Shown one piece after another: positions 50,230-60,203 of a stretch of DNA of 64,000 nt. Position 1 is the first letter of the stretch; the number at the start of each line of letters is the position of its first letter. The position numbers were made by a program, and so were the translations under genes. This DNA comes from an uncultured virus (IMG/VR IMGVR_UViG_3300035497_000625) (taxonomy: Duplodnaviria > Heunggongvirae > Uroviricota > Caudoviricetes): the IMG/VR virus record IMGVR_UViG_3300035497_000625, one strand, 5' to 3'. The notes beneath the pieces are model-generated. The model was not told the origin of the DNA, did not search any database, and saw only the letters and a list, made by a program, of their open reading frames with translations.

Positions 50230-50789
50230 GTCAATCCCTATCAATTTTCCTGTCAATTTTTTAGGTAGGTCTTATCAAAATTTTATGTAGGTCTATCAAT
50301 TTTTTTCTTTTTTGATTGCTCTTTAAATCAAAAGGAAATCAACCCATAACCTTACTCCCTTACTATGCCGATTAACCTCAACCCATAACCTCAAACCAGT
50401 AACCCTCCTCTTTAATTAATCAAAAGAAAAAGAACCAACTCTCCTTTAACACCTCTTAAGTAATAACAAACACAATTTTCTCAAATCTTTTCCTCCCTCT
50501 TATTGCCGTCAAAATTTACGTTAACGTTAAACGTTAAAGGACTACTGGGAAAAATTGTTTTGCAATAAGCCTCACAGCTCCGCTGTTCGTTTATTGCAAA
50601 AAATTTTTCCTCTTCGGAAATTGTTTTGCAACAAGCCTCACAGCTACGCTCCGCTCCGCTGTTCGTTTGTAGCAAAAAATTTCCGTTCTTTCTTTTTTTT
50701 TAAATTTAAATCAAGAGGAAAAGAAAAAAGAAGGAAGTAATAGTAATACGACTAACAAAACCTAAGTAACAACAAACAAAATTTTCTCT

Positions 50790-51110
50790 TTAATTTTTCG
50801 TCCACCCCAAATAGGAATTTAAAAACCTATTAAAGACCTCTAGTCCTTTAGAATTAAATCTCCAACTACTACGCCCGCCGTTAAAATCCTTACCAATACT
50901 AATCAACTCCCTCACGCTATAGTCATTGAGTAGGTTTTCGGGGCAATATGAGTAGTCGATTCCACTAGGGGAAATCAGTACTGGAGTATCACTTGCCTTG
51001 CCCTTTAAAATTAATTGGGGAAGCTCCACTGGAACTCCCCTTAATCTCGCTATTTCTTCAACGCTTAGTCCAAACTCTGCGTCCATTTTAATATCGTCTG
51101 TTAGTCCCAT
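50790..51110 (-). CDS. Hypothetical protein with N-terminal HTH-like segment
   Basis: GLSVEEIARLRGVP. Confidence 0.6.
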   Translation of the reverse strand: MGLTDDIKMDAEFGLSVEEIARLRGVPVELPQLILKGKASDTPVLISPSGIDYSYCPENLLNDYSVRELISIGKDFNGGRSSWRFNSKGLEVFNRFLNSYLGWTKN

Positions 51111-51111
51111 T

Positions 51112-51777
51112 TTATTTCCTCTCTATTATGAATCGATTGCCTTTGTCTGTTGTTATAAGTAGTCCTGTGGTTTTTGACTCTATTATTTGTTGATAGGATT
51201 CAAGGATTCTTTTAGTATAGATTTGATTAACTTTGTTATCTCGATAGTAGGGGTGGTCAGATTGGATTTGCTCTTTAATGTAGGTTTCAACCTCAGGCTC
51301 ACTAAAGAAAATTGTTACAGCATCTAGTAGTGTTTCTGCCCCAGCCGTCATAAAGCACGTTCCATCACTATAGTAGCCTTTTACGGAATAAGGGAAACGG
51401 CTTTCTTTAGGAATTATTTCAACCGTTACATCCTCATACTCACAATAGGTTTGCCCGCTATTAACTGCGTCTGCAATCATTTCTTTTAAATCGTTAATTG
51501 CTATTGATATTTGGCGGTCAATAAAAGCGTCATAACCCTCAGGGTCAAGGGTTTTAAATACTTCGTCATACTCGTAAGCTACTCCAGTTGGAAGCACTAT
51601 TGATTCATGGGCATAGACTAGACGAGTATCGATTGTTTCGTAGTAGTTTGACTTCTCAATTATTTCGTCCGCCGTCTCAAAATCATTTCCGTTTACTCGA
51701 TAGATGTAGTTGGAACAGATTTGATTTATGTTTTCCTTTTGACATAGTTTATTTAAGAATAGGTTTGATTCGTTCAT
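51112..51777 (-). CDS. Hypothetical protein
   Basis: AGGAGG RBS; C-terminal part loosely resembles 53427..53783. Confidence 0.7.
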   Translation of the reverse strand: MNESNLFLNKLCQKENINQICSNYIYRVNGNDFETADEIIEKSNYYETIDTRLVYAHESIVLPTGVAYEYDEVFKTLDPEGYDAFIDRQISIAINDLKEMIADAVNSGQTYCEYEDVTVEIIPKESRFPYSVKGYYSDGTCFMTAGAETLLDAVTIFFSEPEVETYIKEQIQSDHPYYRDNKVNQIYTKRILESYQQIIESKTTGLLITTDKGNRFIIERK

Positions 51778-51803
51778 ATGCTTTTCCTCCTTTAAGATAT
51801 GGA

Positions 51804-51891
51804 TGGTAATTGTAAATACGGAGAGCGTAGCTCGGAGTATTTACAATTACCAGACACGGCGACATCTTGGAGCGTAGCTCCAAGTGTCGTC
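51804..51891. repeat. Two hairpins carrying GAGCGTAGCTC
   Basis: 16-bp stem TGGTAATTGTAAATAC/GTATTTACAATTACCA, then CTTGGAGC-GTA-GCTCCAAG. Confidence 0.9.
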
Positions 51892-51931
51892 TACTTAACG
51901 TGGTTTTTACTTACTTGATTTGCGGGCGAAA

Positions 51932-52678
51932 TTACCTCATATAGAAACAAACTATTTGGTCGAATACTTGAACGTATTTGAGATTTGAACTTAAAGCTTC
52001 GTGGAATCTATAGCTAATGTATTCGTTTGTATCACTTACTAATTCTCTAGTAAAGCCTTCTAGGTCTCCTTCACTTGGTTCATCGCCGTCATAATATGAT
52101 TCGAAAGCTTCGATTAGGTCGTCCTCTGTTGGGTATGTAGTGTTGATATAGTCATTAACGTATTCATCAATAGAGGAATATTGCTTATCAAAAGCTAGTA
52201 AGTCGTCATTTGTAAGATGGTAGGTTGAGAATTGAATCTTTCCAGTATCATTCCACTTGTCTAGTATTTGCTCTACTGCATAGTCTGGGAGGTCTCTTTT
52301 TGAATTAAGATATTTGGCTTTTAAAGCAATTTTCTCTAAGTCGTTTTCTCTCTCGCTTTCACTCTCTAGCTCCTCTATGTCTTCCTCTGTAAGAATGTCC
52401 ATCTCTCTTTGGGAGAAGACTGGCTCGTCTACCACACCCTCTGATAAGATTCTATCAAGGTCGCTATCAATACAACAATCGTCATCATCCTCATATTCCC
52501 CCTCACATATGTCTTTAATCAATAGGTAGTTACCTATTTGTGTTGCTTTGCCCGCACAAAGATAAGGTAAAGTCTCTGTTAGTCTTGGATGGAAATCAAG
52601 CACTGTACCTACTTGAGCGTAGTTGATGCAAGATTCGATAAATTCAGTACCATCAGCAGTAAAGATTAAAATACTCAT
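51932..52678 (-). CDS. Highly acidic hypothetical protein
   Basis: Start corrected to MSILIF; Asp/Glu-rich. Confidence 0.7.
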   Translation of the reverse strand: MSILIFTADGTEFIESCINYAQVGTVLDFHPRLTETLPYLCAGKATQIGNYLLIKDICEGEYEDDDDCCIDSDLDRILSEGVVDEPVFSQREMDILTEEDIEELESESERENDLEKIALKAKYLNSKRDLPDYAVEQILDKWNDTGKIQFSTYHLTNDDLLAFDKQYSSIDEYVNDYINTTYPTEDDLIEAFESYYDGDEPSEGDLEGFTRELVSDTNEYISYRFHEALSSNLKYVQVFDQIVCFYMR

Positions 52679-52788
52679 ATAAGCCTCTTTCTCCGACACT
52701 TAAGCAGTCGGCTCTTTAACTTTGCTTTTCTCATTTACTATAGTTATTATACCATAGACTGTGGGTTTTTTCAATTGAGTTACTCGGG

Positions 52789-53121
52789 CTAATCTTTTAA
52801 TTCAATTGTCTTAATCCTAATATAAAGGGCATTGTCGTCAAAATTCCATTCCTCATTAGGACAATTAGTATCATGAGTACAATTCCAATCTCTAAAGGAG
52901 AACTCTTCTAGAACTCCAAGATTCTTTCCTTCTGCCATTCTACCAATTCCGCCCGCACCTTGTTGGATTGGATTGTCATCAAGTAGCTGTTCTATCATGT
53001 AGCGTCCTATTGTTTCATAGATAAAGGAATAAGCTTTTTCTAGAGTAAGGAAACCATATTCCTTAACGAACTCGTTGTCTTCGTTGATAAGCACAACATA
53101 TAATTGCTTTTTCATTAACAC
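52789..53121 (-). CDS. Hypothetical protein
   Basis: AGGAGGGG RBS. Confidence 0.65.
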   Translation of the reverse strand: MLMKKQLYVVLINEDNEFVKEYGFLTLEKAYSFIYETIGRYMIEQLLDDNPIQQGAGGIGRMAEGKNLGVLEEFSFRDWNCTHDTNCPNEEWNFDDNALYIRIKTIELKD

Positions 53122-53126
53122 CCCTC

Positions 53127-53330
53127 CTATATTACTTGCCCGCAGATTGGACAGATTGCTTCGTTTTTGCTATTGACTTCAAGATAAGGGAAATCAACAG
53201 CAGTCACTGTATCTCCACATTGAGAACAGATAAAGCCGTCCTCATCCATTTTATCGGCATCCATACAAAGTAGTATAAAGTCTCTGATTTCAACTTTTCC
53301 ATTTTCAATAAACTTTTCATTAACAACCAT
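53127..53330 (-). CDS. Small zinc-finger protein
   Basis: CSQC...CPIC; own promoter. Confidence 0.7.
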   Translation of the reverse strand: MVVNEKFIENGKVEIRDFILLCMDADKMDEDGFICSQCGDTVTAVDFPYLEVNSKNEAICPICGQVI

Positions 53331-53426
53331 GTTATTTCCTCCGCCACAGTGGGCTTAATCTCTAGGTTTATCTCTCTCATTTACTATAATAATTATAGCA
53401 TAGGGGAGAATTTTTTTCAATTAAGT

Positions 53427-53783
53427 TTAATCGTTCTCTCTATAGATTTCGATTTGTATTGAATTGGGCATATTCATTTTGTATAAGAGAGGAGTCTTAT
53501 TCGCCCTACACTCTTGGTCTACTTGCTCCGCCGACATAATCTCTTGAATTAGGTTTCGATAGTAGAGTTCTTGTTTGAAATTAGGCTCAATTGATGTGCC
53601 GTTCCATTGCTTGTCAATATTGTTTTGGAAATCAATAGAGGACATTGCCTTTGCTAGAGCGTTTCTTAGATTTGAAGCCTCAACCATTACTGGTTGTCGC
53701 CCATCATTATAGTAGAAATAGACTTGATATGGGGTAGTAGGTCTACCGTCTTCGTCATAGAAATAATGAGTTTGATTTTCCAT
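53427..53783 (-). CDS. Hypothetical protein
   Basis: AGGAGGAG RBS, cotranscribed with the BrxL-like gene. Confidence 0.7.
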   Translation of the reverse strand: MENQTHYFYDEDGRPTTPYQVYFYYNDGRQPVMVEASNLRNALAKAMSSIDFQNNIDKQWNGTSIEPNFKQELYYRNLIQEIMSAEQVDQECRANKTPLLYKMNMPNSIQIEIYREND

Positions 53784-53796
53784 TATATCTCCTCCT

Positions 53797-55215
53797 TTAT
53801 AGACTAATGTTTGGCATTAGTTTATCCTCGTACTCGCTATCAAGCAAACGTAGTTGTTTTAGAACGTCTTCTCTCATTTGATATGCTGGGTCAAGACAAT
53901 ACTTTTTAAATTCGTCCTTATCGATTTCGTCTACTGATGTAACGTGAGGGAATAGTAGTTTGAGAAATGCTGTTGCTAGACGTTTTACTGCTTCAGTATT
54001 ACGTGTATCTGCACGTCCTTCAATTTTAATCATGTCGTCAACAAATGCACGGAAATAGAATTTGTCTCTCAATTGGTGGAATATTTCTGTTATGTAGTCT
54101 GTTGATAGAGCAGTACCCTCCATTTTCAATCCCTCATGAACACGAGGAATATTCCATGAACGGATTATGCCGTGAAATCTATCTACTAATGCACTCTCCT
54201 TCCAAATGTTGGGTAGCGTGGCGAACATATTCTTGTTTGTATCCATTTTTGCTTCAGGTATATTACCTAATAGGATACAACCAGCATCGCCGTTACCCAT
54301 AAAATCACCGACTCTTATTTGTCCATTCTCAAGATAAGCTTTCAAAATACCGCTAAGCTCAGCTCCATCCTTAGGACGTAAACTTTGTACTTCATCCAAA
54401 GCAACAAAATCGTTTATACCAAAATAACCAACCTTTCTCCTTGTAATATCATAAAACATTTTTGCTCTTGTTGCACCACTACCAGATGTTAACCAGCCGT
54501 GGGCGGATGTTTGAGAATAACAATAGCTCTTACTAGTACCTTTTCCGCCGAGGTCTACTAGGTTAACCCTTTTCTCAACCATTGGCAAAAATCTCTGTAT
54601 CATAGTAAGCTTTTCTGTTTCATTTGTATAACCATCAGGATTATACCCCATTGATGCAAGTATTACATCAATCCATTCTTCAGTAGTGAATTGCTTACGT
54701 CCCTCGGCATATTCTTTTAAATCAAAAGTATAAGGACAAAGTGGCTTAAAGCTTTGTAGATTAATAGTGCCACAATCATAGCAAAGGGTTACCTCGCCGA
54801 ATGCTCCATCAGGAGTAAGAAGATATTTCTTGTGGTCGCTTACTGTTGACCAGTCTGCTAATGCCGTTCCCTTCTTTTGAGGAAAACCATATTCTGGTAG
54901 CTCGAATAGGATTAAATCTTTTGCATAGTCAAATTCAATTTTAATCTTAGTTAGAAGTGTAATAGTTCCCCTCTTAGAATGGCGTGCTTCTAGCATTTTA
55001 ATGTTGAACTCTTCAACGGCGAGACGCATTTCTTCTATGTAGGTTGACAAACCATAAGCGTCTAGTCTGTTATTGCCGTCAGTGAACTTCATTAGCAACC
55101 AGTCTTTAACCTCGCTTGGTAGCTCTAGGAAAGAAAGAATAGCAGAGCTACTCTTACTTTTCTTTAAAGATGCCTTTGGAAATGCGGACGCTATTTTATA
55201 ATCTAAATTACCCAT
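53797..55215 (-). CDS. brxL: BrxL-like AAA+ ATPase lacking the Lon protease domain
   Basis: RKQFTTEEWIDVILASMGY, RFLPMVEKRVNLVDLGGKGTSKS (Walker A), FVALDEVQ (Walker B), SALVDRFHG..SW..P match BREX BrxL motifs; 472 aa. Confidence 0.75.
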   Translation of the reverse strand: MGNLDYKIASAFPKASLKKSKSSSAILSFLELPSEVKDWLLMKFTDGNNRLDAYGLSTYIEEMRLAVEEFNIKMLEARHSKRGTITLLTKIKIEFDYAKDLILFELPEYGFPQKKGTALADWSTVSDHKKYLLTPDGAFGEVTLCYDCGTINLQSFKPLCPYTFDLKEYAEGRKQFTTEEWIDVILASMGYNPDGYTNETEKLTMIQRFLPMVEKRVNLVDLGGKGTSKSYCYSQTSAHGWLTSGSGATRAKMFYDITRRKVGYFGINDFVALDEVQSLRPKDGAELSGILKAYLENGQIRVGDFMGNGDAGCILLGNIPEAKMDTNKNMFATLPNIWKESALVDRFHGIIRSWNIPRVHEGLKMEGTALSTDYITEIFHQLRDKFYFRAFVDDMIKIEGRADTRNTEAVKRLATAFLKLLFPHVTSVDEIDKDEFKKYCLDPAYQMREDVLKQLRLLDSEYEDKLMPNISL

Positions 55216-55301
55216 ATGTACCTACTTTCTTTTAACTCTCGGTTTCTTTCTCTCATTTACTATAATAATTATAGCATAGGCTATCGAAAAAAGCAATTCG
55301 A

Positions 55302-56081
55302 TTAATTGTGGTATCCTGAATAATCGAATATTTTTAAGTCGCCATTTATATCATAGCCGAGATTTGCAAAGTGGATATCGTTGATTTTTAAATCCATTAA
55401 AGCTTGATATAGTTGATAGACAGTAGCTTCGTCATATAGATAGAGTAGAGCATTGATTATACCGAAATTAAGCATATAGTTTTTGTTATAGATACCATTG
55501 CTTTTGATTGTAGTAAGTAGGTCGTTAAGCTTATTTTTTGTTAGATATGAGATATGTCCCTCTCCAAAGCTAAAGTCATAAGCTTCAGCCATTCTCTCTT
55601 GAACGTAGTATGAGATTCCGTTTTCTAGCTCGCCCAGTTTAATAGTTTCAAAGAATAATTTTTTTAGATTGTCGGGCATTGCAGAATAGTTATCTGCTTC
55701 AATTTGACAATAGTCGCAATCATAGTACTTGATATCTTTTTCTTTATATGTAGATGTGTAAGTAGTATAGTTATCATTTGTAGTAATATCAACTTGAGCA
55801 ACAATAGAGCCGTCCATAGGAATTTTAATTACGTAATTCTGTTTTCTTTCTATTGCTACAATTTTAGTTGCCCCAGCACTAATAATAACATCAAGACCTA
55901 ATTCTTCTTGAATTAATTCCTCTAAATCATAAAACTCAAAGAAATCATCAAATCCTTCTCCTTTCGTATATCTAAGTATTATGTCGTCATCCCTATCGCC
56001 TAAAAGCTTTTCAGCTCCGCCGACAATGAACTCAACAATGCTTTCAATTTTCTTTAATTCGCTGTTTGTAAACTCTCTCAT
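55302..56081 (-). CDS. Protein kinase-fold protein 1
   Basis: GATK, YVIKIP, YCQIE, YVQER, NDIHFANLG, KIFDYSG. Confidence 0.8.
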   Translation of the reverse strand: MREFTNSELKKIESIVEFIVGGAEKLLGDRDDDIILRYTKGEGFDDFFEFYDLEELIQEELGLDVIISAGATKIVAIERKQNYVIKIPMDGSIVAQVDITTNDNYTTYTSTYKEKDIKYYDCDYCQIEADNYSAMPDNLKKLFFETIKLGELENGISYYVQERMAEAYDFSFGEGHISYLTKNKLNDLLTTIKSNGIYNKNYMLNFGIINALLYLYDEATVYQLYQALMDLKINDIHFANLGYDINGDLKIFDYSGYHN

Positions 56082-56168
56082 ACTTACAGTTCCCCTTTCA
56101 ATTTTTATCTCTGCTTTTCTCATTTACTATAATAATTATATCATAAACTGCGGTCAAAAGCAATTGAG

Positions 56169-56960
56169 TTAACGGAAGAAGCCTGAATAGTCGAATATTT
56201 TTAAAGCTCCCTCTTCGTCAAAACCAAGATTACCGAGATGAATATCATTGATTTGTAGGTCTATTAAAGCTTGATAGAGTTCGTATGTAGTAGCTTCTCC
56301 ATAGGCTAGGATTAATTCATTAACAAGAACAGTTCTTAGTTCATACTGGTAATTAAAATTCTCTTTCTCTTTAATACTAGAGATTAAGCTATAGGCTTTA
56401 TCCCTTTGTTCTTCTGAAAAACGGCGGATGTCCCTCATGCAATTATCACTAGGAAAAGTATGGTCAATTCTTTCTTGTACGTAAAATGCTGTACCATTGC
56501 TTAGTTGACCGAGTTCAACACTCTCACATAATATTTTCTTTACGCTTTCAGGCATTTTCTTATAGTTCTCTGCTTCAATCTGACAATAGTCAACACTGAA
56601 ATGTTCTGCATCATCTATACAATAGTAATACATATTACCAAAGTCGCCCTCTTCCTCTGCGTCCTCATCAAATCTTGCTTCAATGATTCCTTCTAGTGGG
56701 ACTTTAATTACATAGTCTTGCCCTTTTTCCATTATTACTAGCTTTGTAGCTCCCATATCAATAGTAACATCTATATCAAACTCATCTTGGATTAGTTCTG
56801 CTAGATATGCTAGAGTATAGGATTCGTAGTCATCATAATCATTCTCATTAAACTTTATAACGGATAGTATCTCTGTATCAACAAAGTTTATGCCCTCGCC
56901 CATTATTAATTCAACCATGTCACTGATTTTCTCTATTTCCATTTTTGTAAACTTTCTCAT
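56169..56960 (-). CDS. Protein kinase-fold protein 2
   Basis: GATK, YVIKVP, NDIHLGNLG, KIFDYSG. Confidence 0.8.
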   Translation of the reverse strand: MRKFTKMEIEKISDMVELIMGEGINFVDTEILSVIKFNENDYDDYESYTLAYLAELIQDEFDIDVTIDMGATKLVIMEKGQDYVIKVPLEGIIEARFDEDAEEEGDFGNMYYYCIDDAEHFSVDYCQIEAENYKKMPESVKKILCESVELGQLSNGTAFYVQERIDHTFPSDNCMRDIRRFSEEQRDKAYSLISSIKEKENFNYQYELRTVLVNELILAYGEATTYELYQALIDLQINDIHLGNLGFDEEGALKIFDYSGFFR

Positions 56961-57309
56961 ACTTACAGTTCCCCTTTCAAATTAACCTTTGTTTCTCTCA
57001 TTTACTATAATAATTATATCATAGCTTGAGGAGTATTTCAACTCAGTTATTCAAGCGACTTTATTTCACGGCGAAACTACGAATCATCAACCTAGTTTTT
57101 TCGGGCAAAAGAAAAAGAGAGCCTAAGCTCTCTTCCTCGTTCCTTTTACAGCTGTTCTATCAAGCACGATTGTAGAGAGACTATTTTTCAATGGGTGAAA
57201 TATTACCTTCTCTCTTGATTGAGTACAGTATTGAATTGTACCCTTTGTGCCAGCCATTTTACCTTTAGTTACAACATAAACAGTTTTTAACATATAAACC
57301 TTCTTTCCG

Positions 57310-57540
57310 CTACGCTACAGTAGCTATCTCATCGCTTTGAATTGTTACACCGATTAAAGAAACTCCATCGCCCGAAGTAAAAGGCGTAATCTCAACTATT
57401 TGATAATCCTTATACTTAGAAAATTTCTTATCATTTGATAACCAGAACCCCTTTACTTCGTGCTTTTGATATTGGATTACTCTAATTCTGTCTCTCGCAT
57501 AGGATGGTATCAACTTTCTTATCTTTTTAAGCTTCATCAT
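57310..57540 (-). CDS. Small hypothetical protein
   Basis: Start corrected to MMKLKK after GAGGAG RBS; resembles MKIKE family. Confidence 0.6.
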   Translation of the reverse strand: MMKLKKIRKLIPSYARDRIRVIQYQKHEVKGFWLSNDKKFSKYKDYQIVEITPFTSGDGVSLIGVTIQSDEIATVA

Positions 57541-57649
57541 ACTCCTCCTCATAGCTATCGGTTCTACCACGACCAGCGAAATAATAGCTGTCGCCCTCGT
57601 AGTATTCTTCATCATCATAAACTATACCAAAATAACCATATTCTAACAT
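57527..57649 (-). CDS. Very small acidic protein (40 aa)
   Basis: Class II promoter and GAAAGGGG RBS before MLEYGY. Confidence 0.6.
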   Translation of the reverse strand: MLEYGYFGIVYDDEEYYEGDSYYFAGRGRTDSYEEEYDEA

Positions 57650-57741
57650 ACACATTCCCCTTTCAAAGGTCTGTTTGCTTTTCTCATTTACTATAATTAT
57701 TATATCATAGCCTAAAGATTTTTTCAACTAAGTTAATCGGC

Positions 57742-58494
57742 TTAACAATTCCAACCGCTATAGTCAAAGATTACAATTTTGCCGTTTTTATTAACGCCAA
57801 CATTTCGGTCTTCTATATCGTTGATGCCGTGGAGTTTGCAAAGTGTGTTGAGCTTTCTAACCTTATCTATACCATATTGTTCTATTAATGCAAAGATTAT
57901 TTCTCTATTTGTCACTTGACTTAGATAGCCAAGCATATTGTCATCAAACCATTTTAGCTCTGATTGTCTAACGTCTTTTGATTGTAGTTTTGCTTTACTA
58001 TCTATTTCGTCTTTAATCTTAGAATTTAGGATGTCTAAATCAACTACTGCATATAAAGGCGTTACTTTCTCTTGTGCGAATACTTTTTCTTCTAGAATTG
58101 TCTCTATTTCCATTATCTCAGGAAAAAACTCATTGATACCTAGAACCTTTGCTTCCTCATAGAGAAACATTTCGTCCTCACAATAGGAAGATGTTCTAAA
58201 GCCGTCATAAATCTCTTCATCATCCTCTAAATACTCGTCTGTATCCTCATCATATACAGATTGAATTGAGCCAGTGATAGGAACTTTAACAACAAAATCT
58301 GCTTGAGGGGGCATATAGACTACTTTGGAAGCTCCAGTGGCTAACTCTCCGCCCGCATAATCAACGTAATTGCAACAAGAGACAAAGTCTCCATCATCAT
58401 AATCAAAAATTCCTTCTCTCTCATAATCATATAATTGAGATAATACGTCATTAATCTTACTGTAATCATATTGAGTAACCTTAATCATAAACAA
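57742..58494 (-). CDS. Protein kinase-fold protein 3
   Basis: GASK, FVVKVP, NDIEDRNVG, IVIFDYSG. Confidence 0.78.
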   Translation of the reverse strand: MFMIKVTQYDYSKINDVLSQLYDYEREGIFDYDDGDFVSCCNYVDYAGGELATGASKVVYMPPQADFVVKVPITGSIQSVYDEDTDEYLEDDEEIYDGFRTSSYCEDEMFLYEEAKVLGINEFFPEIMEIETILEEKVFAQEKVTPLYAVVDLDILNSKIKDEIDSKAKLQSKDVRQSELKWFDDNMLGYLSQVTNREIIFALIEQYGIDKVRKLNTLCKLHGINDIEDRNVGVNKNGKIVIFDYSGWNC

Positions 58495-58579
58495 CTCTCC
58501 TTAAAAATAAGTCTTAGTTTCTTTTCTCATTTACTATAATAATTATATCATAGCTTAGAGATTTTTTCAATTGAGTTAT

Positions 58580-58699
58580 TTACTCCTCCTCTCTGTTGTC
58601 TTGTTCTGTAAGAAATTCTCCACATCCGCCCGCAATAGCAATCACCAAAAATGCGATTGCTAAGACAAGAGCTATAACACCAGTAACAGTTGCAAACAT
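58580..58699 (-). CDS. Small membrane protein
   Basis: AAGGAGG RBS before MFATVTG; single hydrophobic helix. Confidence 0.6.
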   Translation of the reverse strand: MFATVTGVIALVLAIAFLVIAIAGGCGEFLTEQDNREEE

Positions 58700-58712
58700 T
58701 ACACATTCCTCC

Positions 58713-59015
58713 TTAGTCATAGTCAAAGAAAAAGTGGAAATTGCCACTATAGAAATTAGAGCCATATCCTCTGCCATTTCTAATATTCTCTCTTACCTTT
58801 TCGTACTTTTCAATCTCAATCTGAGCGAGCTTATCTCTTAGCATTTCATAGTCTACATTGTTAAACATAATAAGGTCAACGGCGGAATAACCATTCGCCA
58901 GTAGGTAATTCTCAACTCTCTCACGAGTGTAGTAGTTCTTAAAGAACTCTTTGTACTCATCAATTTTACATAGACCTACGAATCCATCCTCTTGAGTTTC
59001 AACATAGTATACCAT
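58713..59015 (-). CDS. Hypothetical protein
   Basis: Start corrected to MVYYVE; own promoter. Confidence 0.7.
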   Translation of the reverse strand: MVYYVETQEDGFVGLCKIDEYKEFFKNYYTRERVENYLLANGYSAVDLIMFNNVDYEMLRDKLAQIEIEKYEKVRENIRNGRGYGSNFYSGNFHFFFDYD

Positions 59016-59106
59016 ATACATTCCCCTTTCAAAACTCACCTTTTTTTCTCATTTACTGTGATTATTATATCATAGACTGAAATTTTCTTCAACTGAGTTA
59101 GAGTTA

Positions 59107-59847
59107 TTAATTACCCCAGCCACTATAGTCAAAGATTACTATTTTACCTTTTGAATTAACGCCCACGTTATAATACTTTATGTCGTTAATATCATGTAAC
59201 TTGCAGAATGTATTGAGTTTTTTAACTTTGTCTATTCCATATTGCTCAATTAATCTAAAAATAATTTCTTGCTCTGCCACTTGACCTAAATAGCCGAGAT
59301 AATTATCTTCAAACCATTGCTCCTCTGCCGTTCTTATGTCCTGCGATTGTGATGATTTAGCTTTACTATCTACAGTTTTTTGTAGAACCGATTCAGTCTT
59401 TGTTAAATCGCTAGAAAGAAATGCTTCTACTTTCTCTTGTGCATAGACTTTCTCGTTCAGAATTGTTTCTATCTCTACAATTTCTGGAAAGAAATCACTA
59501 ATGCCAAGAACCTTAGCCTCCTTATAGAGGAACATCTCGTCTTCACAAGAGGATGATGTTCTAAATCCATCATAAACTACTTCTTCAACCTCTATTGTAT
59601 CAGACTCAGAATAGTAATTCTCTTCTATTATTCCAGTTATTGGAATCTTTACAACATAGTTTGTATCAGGTGGAAAGTAAACTAATTTTGATGACCCACT
59701 TGTTATTTCGCCGACATAATCTAAGTATGAATAAGCTAATGTAATGACTCCTTCTTCATTATCAAAAATGCCACCTCTGTCTTCGTCATATACTTGAGAT
59801 AGTACATTATTAATTCTGTTATAATCCAATTGAGTAATTCTAATCAT
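59107..59847 (-). CDS. Protein kinase-fold protein 4
   Basis: GSSK, YVVKIP, NDIKYYNVG, IVIFDYSG. Confidence 0.78.
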   Translation of the reverse strand: MIRITQLDYNRINNVLSQVYDEDRGGIFDNEEGVITLAYSYLDYVGEITSGSSKLVYFPPDTNYVVKIPITGIIEENYYSESDTIEVEEVVYDGFRTSSSCEDEMFLYKEAKVLGISDFFPEIVEIETILNEKVYAQEKVEAFLSSDLTKTESVLQKTVDSKAKSSQSQDIRTAEEQWFEDNYLGYLGQVAEQEIIFRLIEQYGIDKVKKLNTFCKLHDINDIKYYNVGVNSKGKIVIFDYSGWGN

Positions 59848-59922
59848 ATACATTCCCCTTTCAAAACTCACTTTTTCTTTTCTCATTTACTGTAATTATT
59901 ATATCATAGTCTGTTGATTAAA

Positions 59923-60190
59923 TCAATTGCGTGAAACCCAGTAGATTAAAATATCCTGACCTAAAGAGTCATCAACGTAATATGTTGTTCCTTCTCTTGA
60001 TTTTAAGCTGTCTCTTTTTAAATGTGTGTGACATTGACCTAGATGGTATTCCTTTTGCTCCGCCGAAAAGCTGTCAGTACCATAGTACTGACCTATACGC
60101 TCATCGGTAATGCATTCCTTTGCTATATCCCATAGGTCTGTATATGGGATAAACTCGTTATCTCGTATCACGTAATAAATTCTTTCCATT
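59923..60190 (-). CDS. Hypothetical protein
   Basis: GGAGGG RBS before MERIYY. Confidence 0.6.
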
Positions 60191-60203
60191 TTACATCCCT
60201 CCA

